Source: an uncultured Pelagibacteraceae bacterium (GTDB lineage: Bacteria > Pseudomonadota > Alphaproteobacteria > Pelagibacterales > Pelagibacteraceae). From it: a stretch of DNA of 64,000 nucleotides. The notes beneath the pieces were generated by a model. That model ran no database searches. It saw only the letters and a list, made by a program, of their open reading frames with translations, and was not told the DNA's origin. The DNA is taken from positions 16,941 to 80,940 of the forward strand of contig CACEVB010000002.1 of the NCBI GenBank assembly GCA_902562875.1, given 5' to 3'. Within the stretch, counting starts at the first letter, position 1. Each line of letters starts with the position of its first letter. The translations under genes and the position numbers were made by a program. Below are positions 10,480 through 20,260 of this stretch, piece after piece.

Positions 10480-11651
10480 CTTAAAAATCTTAACGATTTA
10501 TTAATATCTTTTATTAAATCTTTTGAGTCTTCTAAACCAATGTGTAGTCTTACTATATACTCGTTTTTATTTAATTTTAAATATTTTCTATTTCCTTGTT
10601 CATTTATCTCTTGGTGTAAAGCCAAACTTTCATATCCACCCCAACTATAACCATGGCCAAATAGTTTTAGAGAATTAACAAATTTATCCACTGATTTTTT
10701 ATTTTCAGCTTTTATTTTTATACCCATTAATCCAGATGAACCTGAATAGTATTTTTTCCAAAATTTATAATTTTTAGTATTTTTTTTATAAGGATATAAA
10801 ACTTTTATGTTCTTCTTTTTTGATAAAAACTTTGCTATCTTTATTGCATTATCTTGATGTTTATCTAGTCTAATGTCCAATGTTCTGATACCTCGCATTA
10901 TTAGATAAGCGTCATCTGGACTTAATCTCAAACCGGTCATATTTTGAGCTTTCATAACTTTATTAAAAACTCTTTTACTCACCGCAAGACTACCGCCCAT
11001 TACATCAGAATGTCCCGAATAATATTTTGTTGCTGATACTATTGAAAAATCAAATCCAATTTTAATTGGTTTTAAAAAATAAGGTGTAGCCCATGTATTA
11101 TCTATAGCAGTTAAAATACTTTTTTTTTTTGCAAATAAGATAATTTTAGTTAAATCTTGAAACTCGAATGTATTACTTCCAGGATTTTCAACATAAATCA
11201 ATTTAGTTTTTGATGTAAAGTTATCTTTAATAGTGTTCAAATTATTTGGATCATAAAATTTTGTGCTAATATTAAATTCTTTTAAATAATTTTCAGTTAA
11301 TAAGCGCGTCGGACTGTATATAGGATCTGCTATAATAATTTCATCGCCAGGTCTTAAAATACTGAAAAGACATAAGAAAACAGATCCAAAACCAGTGGGG
11401 GTCAGGAATGTATAATAGGAATCCTCAAGCTTTGTCAAAATTTTCTCTAGCTCGAATGTAGTTGTTGTTCCTTGACGTCCATATTCAAAGTGGCCTCCTC
11501 TTGGATTTTTAAAATTTTTTTTTTGAACTTTTCTTAAATCAAACATCGATTTGAAAACCATTGTGGATGTTCTAACTAATGGAGGGTTTACAGATCGAGT
11601 TTTAAAGTCCTTATAAGTATGTTTTAAAAAGGTTTTAAATGATTCAGCCAT
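10476..11651 (-). CDS. metC: Cystathionine beta-lyase (PLP)
   Basis: YGRQGT, DNTWAT, SATKYYSGHSDVMGG, GYSWGGYESL, RLHIGLED. Confidence 0.88.
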   Translation of the reverse strand: MAESFKTFLKHTYKDFKTRSVNPPLVRTSTMVFKSMFDLRKVQKKNFKNPRGGHFEYGRQGTTTTFELEKILTKLEDSYYTFLTPTGFGSVFLCLFSILRPGDEIIIADPIYSPTRLLTENYLKEFNISTKFYDPNNLNTIKDNFTSKTKLIYVENPGSNTFEFQDLTKIILFAKKKSILTAIDNTWATPYFLKPIKIGFDFSIVSATKYYSGHSDVMGGSLAVSKRVFNKVMKAQNMTGLRLSPDDAYLIMRGIRTLDIRLDKHQDNAIKIAKFLSKKKNIKVLYPYKKNTKNYKFWKKYYSGSSGLMGIKIKAENKKSVDKFVNSLKLFGHGYSWGGYESLALHQEINEQGNRKYLKLNKNEYIVRLHIGLEDSKDLIKDINKSLRFLR

Positions 11652-11672
11652 AAATAAATTTGATAAGTAAGT

Positions 11673-11703
11673 TTGACAATGCTATATCCCACGAATAAGT
11701 CAA
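11673..11703. promoter_or_regulatory. Possible overlapping divergent sigma70 promoters (metC / basic micro-ORF)
   Basis: TTGACA on + at 11673-11678 and TTGACT on - at 11703-11698; the -10 elements are weak. Confidence 0.35.
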
Positions 11704-11727
11704 TAAAATTTTAAAATTAAGGAGATT

Positions 11728-11811
11728 ATGGGATACCCCAAAAAACATAGAGGCCGAAGAAAAATGGGCTCGAAAAAAAGAAGAGCAAGAAAAAAAAATA
11801 AAAAAAAATAG
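11728..11811 (+). CDS. 27-aa highly basic microprotein MGYPKKHRGRRKMGSKKRRARKKNKKK (ribosomal-protein-like)
   Basis: AAGGAG Shine-Dalgarno at 11719-11724, ATG 11728, TAG 11809-11811; 16/27 K+R, no acidic residues; not in the ORF track. Confidence 0.7.
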   Translation: MGYPKKHRGRRKMGSKKRRARKKNKKK

Positions 11812-11822
11812 TTATTCTCATA

Positions 11823-12521
11823 ATGGACAATATTTCTAAAGTTAAATCCATTAGCCTTTGGATTTTTATAATACCTTTTTTTGCAATAAATATATGTTTG
11901 GTATTAATAACTAAATTTCATGGAATTTTTCCTAACCAAGAGGATGTTCTACTTAATACGATACCTTATTTTGATGGAGGAACTTCAATAAGTAGAACTG
12001 CTAGAGTATTTCCGACTTACTTAATATTTAAACCTGCAATGTTTTTAACCTCATTTTTATTAATAAAATATTGGTTAAATAATAAAATTATTATTTATAA
12101 ATACGACGAAAATATTAAACATGTTAAAAAATTTGTATTCTTTGGAGTTGGTTCTGCAATACTTTTAACTATTCATTCAATTTTTTTAGGTATTAAGTTT
12201 GATTACGACATATATAAATTATTTAGAAGACTTGTTATGTTATTATTTATAATTTTTGAAATAGTAGCACAACTATATCTAGTTCTAAGTCTTTTTAAAA
12301 TTAAAAATTTAATTTCAAAAAATATTAATTATATATTTTTAAAATTAAAAATCCTATTAGTCTCTACTTTAATAATTGTTGCAATAATTTCTATACCGTT
12401 AGTAAGTGTTCCAGGAAATAAATTTTTAAAACATGCATTAGAGTGGAATTATTTTGTAGGAGTAATTATTTTTTACTTGCTTACGCATTTTATGTGGAAA
12501 AAAAAAATTAATTTTTTGTAA
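11823..12521 (+). CDS. Hypothetical integral membrane protein
   Basis: Approximately 6 TM segments, [14 protein letters not shown] loop. Confidence 0.8.
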   Translation: MDNISKVKSISLWIFIIPFFAINICLVLITKFHGIFPNQEDVLLNTIPYFDGGTSISRTARVFPTYLIFKPAMFLTSFLLIKYWLNNKIIIYKYDENIKHVKKFVFFGVGSAILLTIHSIFLGIKFDYDIYKLFRRLVMLLFIIFEIVAQLYLVLSLFKIKNLISKNINYIFLKLKILLVSTLIIVAIISIPLVSVPGNKFLKHALEWNYFVGVIIFYLLTHFMWKKKINFL

Positions 12522-13626
12522 TCCAGCCTCCACCTAAGACTTTATAACCTAAATCATCTTTTTTATAAAATACACATGCTTGACCAGGAGATATTCCATA
12601 CTCATCTTCTAATAGGGTTAATTTTGTGGAACCATTATTAAGATTTAATTTTGATCTTAGCAATTTACCTGTAGATCTTACTTTTACAAAAATTTCATTT
12701 TTAAAAAATTTTTTATCTACTAAAAAATTTAATTCTTTTAGTAAAATTTCTTTAGTTAATAAATCTTTTTTTGATCCAACAATTATTTCATTTTTATCCG
12801 CAATAATGTCTATTACGTACAACGGCTCTTTATAAGGGATTTTTATTCCTTTTCTTTGTCCAATAGTAAAATTAATTATTCCATCATGTGCTCCTAAAAC
12901 TTTTCCTGATATATCTTTAATATTTCCTTTTCTAAATGAGTCTGGCCTTAATTTTTTTATAACTGAAACATAATCTCCATTTGGAACAAAACATATATCT
13001 TGACTATCTGGTTTATCAGCTACATTTAAATCTAAATTTTTCGCTATTTTTCTCGTTTCTTCTTTAAGTAAATTTCCAAGAGGAAATCTTAAAAAATTTA
13101 GTTGCTCTCTTGTAGTGTTAAATAAAAAATAACTTTGATCTCTATTTTCATCAATTCCCCTGTACATTTCGGTTACATTATTTTTAGTCACACTTTTTAC
13201 ATAATGTCCCGTGATAAGCGCATCTGCTTTTAGATTTTTTGACTCCTCAAATAAATCATTAAATTTAACTGTTTTATTACATTGAACACACGGAATTGGT
13301 GTTTCGCCTTTTAAATAACTATCTACAAAATTATTTATAACACCCTCTTTAAATTTGCTTTGATAATAAAACACCTTGTGTTTTATATCTAACTTATGAG
13401 CAACTCTCTTTGCATCTAGTATATCCTGGCCTGAACAACAAACCTTGGAATGCGCTACTTCCTTGTTATTATCATATAATTTAAGTGTTACACCAACAAC
13501 ATTATACCCTTGTTTTTTCATCAAAGCTGCTGCTGTAGAAGAGTCCACTCCGCCGGACATAGCTACTACTACTTTGGTATCTTTAGGGTCTTTATCTAAA
13601 CCTAATAAGTTTAATTCTCTTTTCAT
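12508..13626 (-). CDS. mnmA: tRNA 2-thiouridylase
   Basis: [49 protein letters not shown]. Confidence 0.97.
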   Translation of the reverse strand: MKRELNLLGLDKDPKDTKVVVAMSGGVDSSTAAALMKKQGYNVVGVTLKLYDNNKEVAHSKVCCSGQDILDAKRVAHKLDIKHKVFYYQSKFKEGVINNFVDSYLKGETPIPCVQCNKTVKFNDLFEESKNLKADALITGHYVKSVTKNNVTEMYRGIDENRDQSYFLFNTTREQLNFLRFPLGNLLKEETRKIAKNLDLNVADKPDSQDICFVPNGDYVSVIKKLRPDSFRKGNIKDISGKVLGAHDGIINFTIGQRKGIKIPYKEPLYVIDIIADKNEIIVGSKKDLLTKEILLKELNFLVDKKFFKNEIFVKVRSTGKLLRSKLNLNNGSTKLTLLEDEYGISPGQACVFYKKDDLGYKVLGGGWITKN

Positions 13627-13668
13627 ATTTATGGTATTTATACTTATTTCTATTATAAATTAAATTAA

Positions 13669-13842
13669 ATGATTTTAGATTTTGAGCCAGGTGACAGAGT
13701 GGTTAATCCTTTAAGAAAAGATTGGGGGATAGGCCAAGTTCAGTCAATAATTAATGAAAAAGTTACAGTAAATTTTGAAAATATTGGCAAAATTGTAATA
13801 AATTCAAAAAATATTAATCTTGAAAAGATAAATAATGAATAA
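13669..13842 (+). CDS. DUF3553-like small protein (57 aa)
   Basis: Manual translation MILDFEPGDRVVNPLRKDWGIGQVQSIINEKVTVNFENIGKIVIN...; WGIGQVQS/VNFEN motif; overlaps the cysQ start; not in the ORF track. Confidence 0.8.
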   Translation: MILDFEPGDRVVNPLRKDWGIGQVQSIINEKVTVNFENIGKIVINSKNINLEKINNE

Positions 13843-14608
13843 ATTGGATTATAAAGAAATATGCTACAGCTTAATTGATACTTTTCTTTTTGCAGGAAAA
13901 AAATGCTTAGACATTAGAGATGAAGGTCTTAAAACTGAATATAAAGAAGACAATACACCAGTAACAAACGGTGATATTGAGGTAAACAGAATTTTAATTA
14001 ATAAGTTAAATAAAACAACACCAAATGTTCCTTTGGTGTCAGAAGAAAGCACATCAAACAAAACAAATAATAATTTAACAACATTTTGGTTAATAGATCC
14101 AATAGATGGAACATATGATTATGTTAACAATAGAGATGAGTTTACTATTAACGCTGCTTTAATAGTAAATAAATTACCTATTGTTGGTCTAATATATGCA
14201 CCAGCAAAAAAAAGGATGTTCTATACTTATAATGAGGGTCATAGTTTTGAAATAATAAATAATAATGAAGTAAAATTGAACTGCAAAAAAAAAACAAAAA
14301 TAGACCAAATTAAAGCTGTGCATTATTCCGATAAATTAAAACCTGAAATATTTAAACTGCATCAAAAATATGGAGTAACAGAACATCACAGAATGAAAAG
14401 TTCTTTAAAATTTTGTGTTATAGCTTCAAGTGAATATGATATTTATATTTCAGAACCTAGGGCATCAGAGTGGGATATAGCTGCAGGACATGCAATATTA
14501 CAGAATGCTGGTGGTATTGTGACTGATTTTGAAAATAATCAAATTACGTATGGAAAAAAAGATTTTAAAAATTCAAGTTTAATTTTAAGAAGGAGTTATA
14601 ATTTATAA
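13835..14608 (+). CDS. cysQ: 3'(2'),5'-bisphosphate nucleotidase (inositol monophosphatase family)
   Basis: PVTNGD, SEE, WLIDPIDGT, SSLKFC, EWDIAAGHAIL. Confidence 0.9.
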   Translation: MNKLDYKEICYSLIDTFLFAGKKCLDIRDEGLKTEYKEDNTPVTNGDIEVNRILINKLNKTTPNVPLVSEESTSNKTNNNLTTFWLIDPIDGTYDYVNNRDEFTINAALIVNKLPIVGLIYAPAKKRMFYTYNEGHSFEIINNNEVKLNCKKKTKIDQIKAVHYSDKLKPEIFKLHQKYGVTEHHRMKSSLKFCVIASSEYDIYISEPRASEWDIAAGHAILQNAGGIVTDFENNQITYGKKDFKNSSLILRRSYNL

Positions 14609-14609
14609 A

Positions 14610-14759
14610 ATGAACGAGACTGTTAGAATAATTTTAATAATAGTGATTTCAGTAAGTATTTTTGGTTTGATTGTTTTTGTTTGGGTAAAAAATTATATAA
14701 AAAGAAAAATTGACTATTACCTAGAGGAAAAAAATAAAAAGAATTTTACAAAAGATTAA
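14610..14759 (+). CDS. 49-aa single-TM microprotein (MNETVRIILIIVISVSIFGLIVFVWVKNYIKRKIDYYLEEKNKKNFTKD)
   Basis: Manual translation; starts 1 nt after the cysQ stop; one TM helix followed by a basic tail. Confidence 0.6.
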   Translation: MNETVRIILIIVISVSIFGLIVFVWVKNYIKRKIDYYLEEKNKKNFTKD

Positions 14760-15309
14760 TTATTTTCAAATATTCATTTTTATCTATATCTATTACACGT
14801 TTAGAAGTATCGAAATCAAAACCAGATCTTGCCAATATTCCTAAATCTTTTTTATAAAACAGTTGTCTATTATTTTCCTCTCTTGCCGGCCCTATTCTCT
14901 TTTTTTTACAAATTTTAATTGCTGAAAAAAAATCTTGATCCTCGTTATTATCTTTAATAGTTTCTATAGTCTCTTTGATATATTTATCTTTAATTCCCTT
15001 ATTGAATAAATAATATCTTATTTTATTTATTGAGCTACCGCGCTGAATTAAGCTTTTCGCTTTTGAACTTGAATAAAACTTATCATTTAAAAATTTATTT
15101 TTTTCTAAATCTTCTAGTACAGTATCAATCAGATCTTTCAAATTATTTTTGTTAATATTTGATGAGTTAAACCTAAGGTATTTCTTTAATAAGTAGGTTC
15201 TTAATTGTTGTTTAGATGGGGCAAATTTCTCCACATAACCATAAGAAAGACTACGCATCTCTTCAACAATATCCTCAAAAGATTTTTTTTTATTTTTATT
15301 AGGAATCAT
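14746..15309 (-). CDS. recX: RecX-family regulatory protein
   Basis: FLNDKFY, RGSSINKIRYYLFNKGI, KKRIGP, LARSGF. Confidence 0.8.
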   Translation of the reverse strand: MIPNKNKKKSFEDIVEEMRSLSYGYVEKFAPSKQQLRTYLLKKYLRFNSSNINKNNLKDLIDTVLEDLEKNKFLNDKFYSSSKAKSLIQRGSSINKIRYYLFNKGIKDKYIKETIETIKDNNEDQDFFSAIKICKKKRIGPAREENNRQLFYKKDLGILARSGFDFDTSKRVIDIDKNEYLKIINLL

Positions 15310-15336
15310 TAAAAATGTAATATATTACTTTTTATT

Positions 15337-15810
15337 ATGATCGAACAAATTTCGGCATTTTTTAATACAGAAATGATATATTTGTGGTTGAACTTTGGAG
15401 TAATACCATTTTGGATAACACTGGTTTTTTTTCCACAATCAAAATTCTGTAATTATATTGTAACATCCATTATACCTTTTTTCTTATTATCATTAATATA
15501 TTCATATCTACTATACCTATTTTATATAAGTGGGTACAATTTTAATCAAAACTTTTCTTTGTATTTAAGTTTAAGTAATTTAAGAGAGTTATTTACAGAA
15601 AATTCTTTCTTAGTGTTATTCTGGATACACTTTTTGGCTATGAATCTATTTTGTGGTTGTTGGATAGTAAAAGATAGTCAAAAATTTAACATTTCGAAAT
15701 ATTTAAATTTCTTGCCCTTGATCATTACTTACTTTATTGGGCCAGTAGGTTTATTTATTTATTGGTTAATTAGAATAGTATCTGCAAAAAGAATTAATCT
15801 TATAGACTAA
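15337..15810 (+). CDS. ABA4-like (DUF4281) membrane protein
   Basis: WIHFLAMNLFCGCW and GPVGLFIYW motifs. Confidence 0.8.
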   Translation: MIEQISAFFNTEMIYLWLNFGVIPFWITLVFFPQSKFCNYIVTSIIPFFLLSLIYSYLLYLFYISGYNFNQNFSLYLSLSNLRELFTENSFLVLFWIHFLAMNLFCGCWIVKDSQKFNISKYLNFLPLIITYFIGPVGLFIYWLIRIVSAKRINLID

Positions 15811-16197
15811 TTATTTTTTTATTTTAAAACCTTTTTGTTCCATGGCTCCAAAACCACCCTCTACATGAGATACATTCTTAAATCCCATTTCTTTTAGGGT
15901 CTTTGCAGCTAAAGCTGATCTTCCGCCTGCTGCACAAAATAATACAATATCTTTTTTTGTATCTATTAGATTGTTTTGCACCAAAGGGCTATTAGCATTT
16001 AATGAAAATTCTAAAAGACCTCTTGGAATATGCGTAGAATTTTCAATAACCCCTGTATTTCTTAATTCGCCTTCCTCTCTTATATCTATTAAATTACACT
16101 CGTTATTTTTAGATAAATTTAATGCCTCATCTGCTGATATAGTTTTAATTTCTTTGTTAGCCTCAACAATAAGAGTTTGTGGTGATTTAATGCTCAT
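15811..16197 (-). CDS. Rhodanese-like sulfurtransferase domain protein
   Basis: IDIRE, HIPRGLLEF, FCAAGGRSALA, HVEGGF. Confidence 0.9.
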   Translation of the reverse strand: MSIKSPQTLIVEANKEIKTISADEALNLSKNNECNLIDIREEGELRNTGVIENSTHIPRGLLEFSLNANSPLVQNNLIDTKKDIVLFCAAGGRSALAAKTLKEMGFKNVSHVEGGFGAMEQKGFKIKK

Positions 16198-16224
16198 TTT
16201 AATATAAATATTATATTAAATACT

Positions 16225-17211
16225 ATGTTAAAAAATACCATAAAAAAATTTTTTGTTAAAATTTCAAGAATGTTAGGTTTTGAAATTTTAGATCAAAATA
16301 AATTTGTTTCTCCGACTTTAAATAAAGAAATTAACCAAGAATTAAGTATCTTTAATGAGAAATCGATAGTAATCCCTCTTGGAGAAGTCAAAATAAAAAG
16401 AAAAGCAAAATCGTTACTTATTATATTTAGAACTAACAGCAATATAGAAATATGGGATCAAAATAAAAAAAGAGTTTTTGAAGAAAAAAAAATAAATTAT
16501 ATAAAAAAATCATTAAATTCTCTTATAAAAAGTATAAAATATAATAAAAAAATTTTACCTAAATTTGATATAAATCTAAAAATTCTAGACGATAATTCTA
16601 AACTAGAAAACTTAAACATTATAAAGAAAATATGTGAAGATAGTAATTTAGATTATGAATTAATTAATCATGATAGAGATAAATTTAAAGATTTTATTAA
16701 AAAACAAAAAACAGAGGACACATTTTCTAATTTATCTACTTTATTGACCTCATTTAATATAGGAAAAGATATTGGGAAAGATTTAATTTATTTTATCGAA
16801 GATGACTATATTCATTCAGAAAAGATGATAATTGAGGCTATAAAAACGTTTGAAAGAATAGCGTCTCAATTGGATAAAGATATATTTATTTGTCCCAGCG
16901 ATTACCCATATTTGTATATGAATAATGAAAAAACTAATGTTTTGATAGGAAGCGATAGACATTGGAGAACTATAAATAAAACATTATGCACATTTATGAC
17001 TACTAAAAATCTAATCGAAGAATATTGGACTAATTTTGAAAAAAATTGTGAGGATAGACATGACCCTTTTGAAAAATATTTAAACGAAATATATGAAAAA
17101 GAAATTTGTATTTCTCCTTTAAAAAGTCTTTCAACACATATGGCAAACATTAACTCTAGTTATGGTTTGTCTCCATTCATTAATTATAAAAAAATTTGGG
17201 AAGAAAATTAG
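16225..17211 (+). CDS. Putative glycosyltransferase (GT-A/GT2-like)
   Basis: ILDDNS and IYFIEDDYIH DxD-type motifs. Confidence 0.6.
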   Translation: MLKNTIKKFFVKISRMLGFEILDQNKFVSPTLNKEINQELSIFNEKSIVIPLGEVKIKRKAKSLLIIFRTNSNIEIWDQNKKRVFEEKKINYIKKSLNSLIKSIKYNKKILPKFDINLKILDDNSKLENLNIIKKICEDSNLDYELINHDRDKFKDFIKKQKTEDTFSNLSTLLTSFNIGKDIGKDLIYFIEDDYIHSEKMIIEAIKTFERIASQLDKDIFICPSDYPYLYMNNEKTNVLIGSDRHWRTINKTLCTFMTTKNLIEEYWTNFEKNCEDRHDPFEKYLNEIYEKEICISPLKSLSTHMANINSSYGLSPFINYKKIWEEN

Positions 17212-17214
17212 AAT

Positions 17215-17246
17215 AAAAAAAAAGGCCCCTGATTAAAGGGGCCTTT
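17215..17246 (-). terminator. Rho-independent terminator of amtB (possibly bidirectional)
   Basis: AAAGGCCCCT-gattaa-AGGGGCCTTT stem with a 9-nt U tract on the minus strand. Confidence 0.88.
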
Positions 17247-17265
17247 GAGGGAGAGAAAAATTATT

Positions 17266-18561
17266 TTAGTCTCTTATTGCGTAAGCTATAACTCCAGTTT
17301 CAGATACATCTGTACCTTTCATTTCAGCTTCTTTACTCAATCTGATACCCATAGTTGCTTTCATACCTGACCATACAATTAATGAAACCACAAATACGAA
17401 TGCATTAATTGAAACAACTCCAAGAAGTTGAGCACCAAATGTAACTCCTGAATTAGTTATCGGCACTGCTAATGTTCCCCAGATACCTGCAAACAAGTGT
17501 GCAGGAATAGCTCCAACAACATCATCAATTTTTAGACTGAATAGTAGTTTAGTTCCATAAACAACTATAATACCACCAACACCACCAATTAAAATCGCAG
17601 CGATTGGAGACGGCATTAATGGTTCAGCAGTGATCGCAACCAAGCCACCAATACATCCATTAAGCATTTGCACTACATCTGTTTTTCCAGTTAATCTAGT
17701 GACTGCTGCAGCGGCCATTACACCACCTGCACCCGCTAATAATGTGTTTATAAAGATTTTAGATACTGCTATAGCATCTGGTGCTGTTCCAATTGCTAAT
17801 TGAGAACCACCATTAAATCCAAACCATCCTAACCATAGTATAAATACTCCTAGTGTTACGAGTGGTATTGATGAAGCTGCAAAAGGCTTGATAGGAGCTG
17901 CACCGGCTTTGGTAAATCTACCTAACCTAGGTCCTAGTAGCAATGCTCCTGCTAAAGCTGCTGCTCCTCCTGTCGAGTGAACAAGTGTTGAGCCTGCAAA
18001 ATCTGAAAAACCAGCCTTTGCTAACCAACCACCACCCCATTGCCAACCCATAACAATTGGATAAATAATTCCTGCTAAAATTGCAGCGAATAAAAAGAAC
18101 GGCCAAAGCTTAATTCTTTCAGCCAATGTTCCTGACACGATTGAAACTGTTGTTACACAAAATACCATTTGGAAATACCAATCTGATCCATCTGCATAAC
18201 CAGTATCGATTTTACTAGCGTCGCTCCATGGTACGAATTTTCCAATGTACCCTCCTTCTGGGATACCATATGCTAGGTTGTATCCAACTAACCAGAACAT
18301 TATTGCTCCAATAGATACTAAACCTATATTTTTTGCACAGATAACAGATACACTTTTTGATGTAACCATACCTGACTCTAACATTGCAAATCCGCAAGCC
18401 ATAAAAAAGACCAGGAACCCACACATTAAAAAAAGTAGAGTATTAAAAATAAACCCCACTTCTGCAGAAACTGTTGACTCTGCCATACCCACGTTAGTCA
18501 TGCTCATTAGAAACATGAAACTAATTGCGGGTGTGATAAATTTTTTTATAAATTTCCCCAT
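17266..18561 (-). CDS. amtB: Ammonium transporter
   Basis: GFAMLESG, FQMVF, AERIK, DFAGSTLVH, WFGFNGGS, DDVVGAIPAH. Confidence 0.97.
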   Translation of the reverse strand: MGKFIKKFITPAISFMFLMSMTNVGMAESTVSAEVGFIFNTLLFLMCGFLVFFMACGFAMLESGMVTSKSVSVICAKNIGLVSIGAIMFWLVGYNLAYGIPEGGYIGKFVPWSDASKIDTGYADGSDWYFQMVFCVTTVSIVSGTLAERIKLWPFFLFAAILAGIIYPIVMGWQWGGGWLAKAGFSDFAGSTLVHSTGGAAALAGALLLGPRLGRFTKAGAAPIKPFAASSIPLVTLGVFILWLGWFGFNGGSQLAIGTAPDAIAVSKIFINTLLAGAGGVMAAAAVTRLTGKTDVVQMLNGCIGGLVAITAEPLMPSPIAAILIGGVGGIIVVYGTKLLFSLKIDDVVGAIPAHLFAGIWGTLAVPITNSGVTFGAQLLGVVSINAFVFVVSLIVWSGMKATMGIRLSKEAEMKGTDVSETGVIAYAIRD

Positions 18562-18562
18562 T

Positions 18563-18589
18563 TAACCTCCGTTGTTAAAGAGGAGGTTA
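18563..18589 (-). promoter_or_regulatory. Hairpin sequestering the amtB Shine-Dalgarno
   Basis: mRNA UAACCUCC-UCUUUAACAAC-GGAGGUUA-A-AUG: perfect 8-bp stem whose 3' arm contains the SD. Confidence 0.7.
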
Positions 18590-18655
18590 TAATTTTAAAA
18601 AAAATTGAGTGGAATCGTTTTTTATGAAAAATAGCTATGCGGTATATGCATATAG

Positions 18656-18698
18656 TAACAACCCCAATTAATAATAATTTATTTAATTGAGGTTGTTA
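18656..18698 (-). terminator. 16-bp stem-loop after the HU gene (terminator or stabiliser)
   Basis: UAACAACCUCAAUUAA / UUAAUUGGGGUUGUUA with one G-U pair on the minus strand; no U tract on that strand. Confidence 0.55.
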
Positions 18699-18704
18699 TT
18701 TTGC

Positions 18705-18980
18705 TTACTTGTTAAAGATTTCTTTAAGTGCTTTTGCTGGTAAAAATTTTACCTTTTGAGAGGCAGCAATTTGGATCTGTTCTCCAGTTCTTGGATTTCT
18801 TCCAATTCTCGCTTTTCTCTTAGCTACTTTATATGTGCCAAAACCAGCAATTTTCACTGAATCATCGTTTTTTAAAGCATCCAGTATAGTGTTGGTAATA
18901 GTGTCAAAAGTACGCTCAGCATCAGCTTTGCTCTGATTTAATGAGCCAGCTAATTTAGCCACTAGTTGTTTTTTGTTCAT
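18705..18980 (-). CDS. hup: DNA-binding protein HU
   Basis: MNKKQLV, GFGTY, RIGRNPRTGE, KFLPAKALK. Confidence 0.95.
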   Translation of the reverse strand: MNKKQLVAKLAGSLNQSKADAERTFDTITNTILDALKNDDSVKIAGFGTYKVAKRKARIGRNPRTGEQIQIAASQKVKFLPAKALKEIFNK

Positions 18981-19132
18981 TTTAGCTCCGGTTTATAAGG
19001 TTAATTTACATACTTAACAAAATCATTGATAATTCAAGTTTTTTTTTAGTATTAAACACACTTATTAGCACAATATATAGTATATTAAATAAAGCTCTAT
19101 TTTAAAGGCTTTTTTGCAATAAAAAAAATTAT

Positions 19133-20242
19133 TTAAAACAGACCTAAATCTTTTAAGTCGTTGAAAGTTGCAAAAAACATAAGGAAAAGCAACAAAAACA
19201 TTCCGATTCGAAAAAACCCTTCCTGTGTTTTCTGGCTTAAGGGTCTTCCTAAAATTTTTTCAATTGCATAAAACATTAAATGTCCTCCATCCAATAAAGG
19301 TATGGGAAATAAATTAATTAAACCAAGACTAATTGAAATATAAGCCATTATGCTCAAAAAAGGAACAATACCAAATTCAGCCACTTGTCCGGTAATTTTA
19401 GCAATTCTTATGGGACCTCCTAATTGCGAACTGTCGCCAGATCCTGAAATAATTGATCCCATATATTTTAAAGTAGAGGTAGTCACAAAATACACTTCAT
19501 AAATCGCATAGGTAAAAGCTTTTATCGGACCTAATTTCACGTGTTTAATTTCGTTATTAAATGGAGAAAGTTTTATACCAACAATTCTTTTTTTTACTTT
19601 GTTACCTAAACCATCATCTGCATCAATAGTTTTTGGCTCAACATCATAAATTTTTTCTTCTCCGGATCTATTTACTTTTAATGTAATAACTTTAGAAGTA
19701 GATAAACTAATCAATTTAGAAACATCTAAAATACTCCTAACTTTCTTATTATCGATTTCTAAAATAATATCATTGTTTTTAATTCCAGCAACCTCAGCAG
19801 GACTATCTTTTTGGACTTCATTAATCACAGCTGGAGTAAAATCTTTTCCTACAATCATATAAATTGAAGCAAAAATTAAAATGGCTAGTATGAAGTTTGC
19901 GAGTGGACCACCGAAAACAATTAAAGATCGTTGATATAGCGGTTTTAAAGTAAATAATTTTTTTTGATCTACTTCGCTATATTTTTTTAAAATTTCTTCA
20001 TGATCTGCTTGTGAAAATACATTTCTATCACCAAAAAACTTTACATAACCACCTAATGGTAAGAGACATATTTTCCATCTAGTGCCAGATCTATCATTCC
20101 ATCCGTATAATTCTTTACCGAATCCAATTGAAAAATCAGTTACACCGACACCGTATTTTTTTGCAAAGTAATAATGACCATATTCATGAACAAACACTAC
20201 TACCAAAATCAAAACAAGAAAAGGTATTAAAAAATTAAACAT
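19133..20242 (-). CDS. rseP: RIP metalloprotease
   Basis: HEYGH, PDZ domain, NLFPIPLLDGGH. Confidence 0.95.
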   Translation of the reverse strand: MFNFLIPFLVLILVVVFVHEYGHYYFAKKYGVGVTDFSIGFGKELYGWNDRSGTRWKICLLPLGGYVKFFGDRNVFSQADHEEILKKYSEVDQKKLFTLKPLYQRSLIVFGGPLANFILAILIFASIYMIVGKDFTPAVINEVQKDSPAEVAGIKNNDIILEIDNKKVRSILDVSKLISLSTSKVITLKVNRSGEEKIYDVEPKTIDADDGLGNKVKKRIVGIKLSPFNNEIKHVKLGPIKAFTYAIYEVYFVTTSTLKYMGSIISGSGDSSQLGGPIRIAKITGQVAEFGIVPFLSIMAYISISLGLINLFPIPLLDGGHLMFYAIEKILGRPLSQKTQEGFFRIGMFLLLFLMFFATFNDLKDLGLF

Positions 20243-20260
20243 GTTATTATATTAGTCATT

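Noticed and set aside
11652-11727. SAM-type riboswitch ahead of metC (also checked ahead of the methyltransferase)
   Set aside because: No recognisable SAM-II/SAM-V core; the methyltransferase has only a 5-nt spacer.
18636-18652. TATGC-N7-GCATA palindrome upstream of amtB as an NtrC site
   Set aside because: Spacing does not match the NtrC consensus and no sigma54 motif is seen; too short to support.
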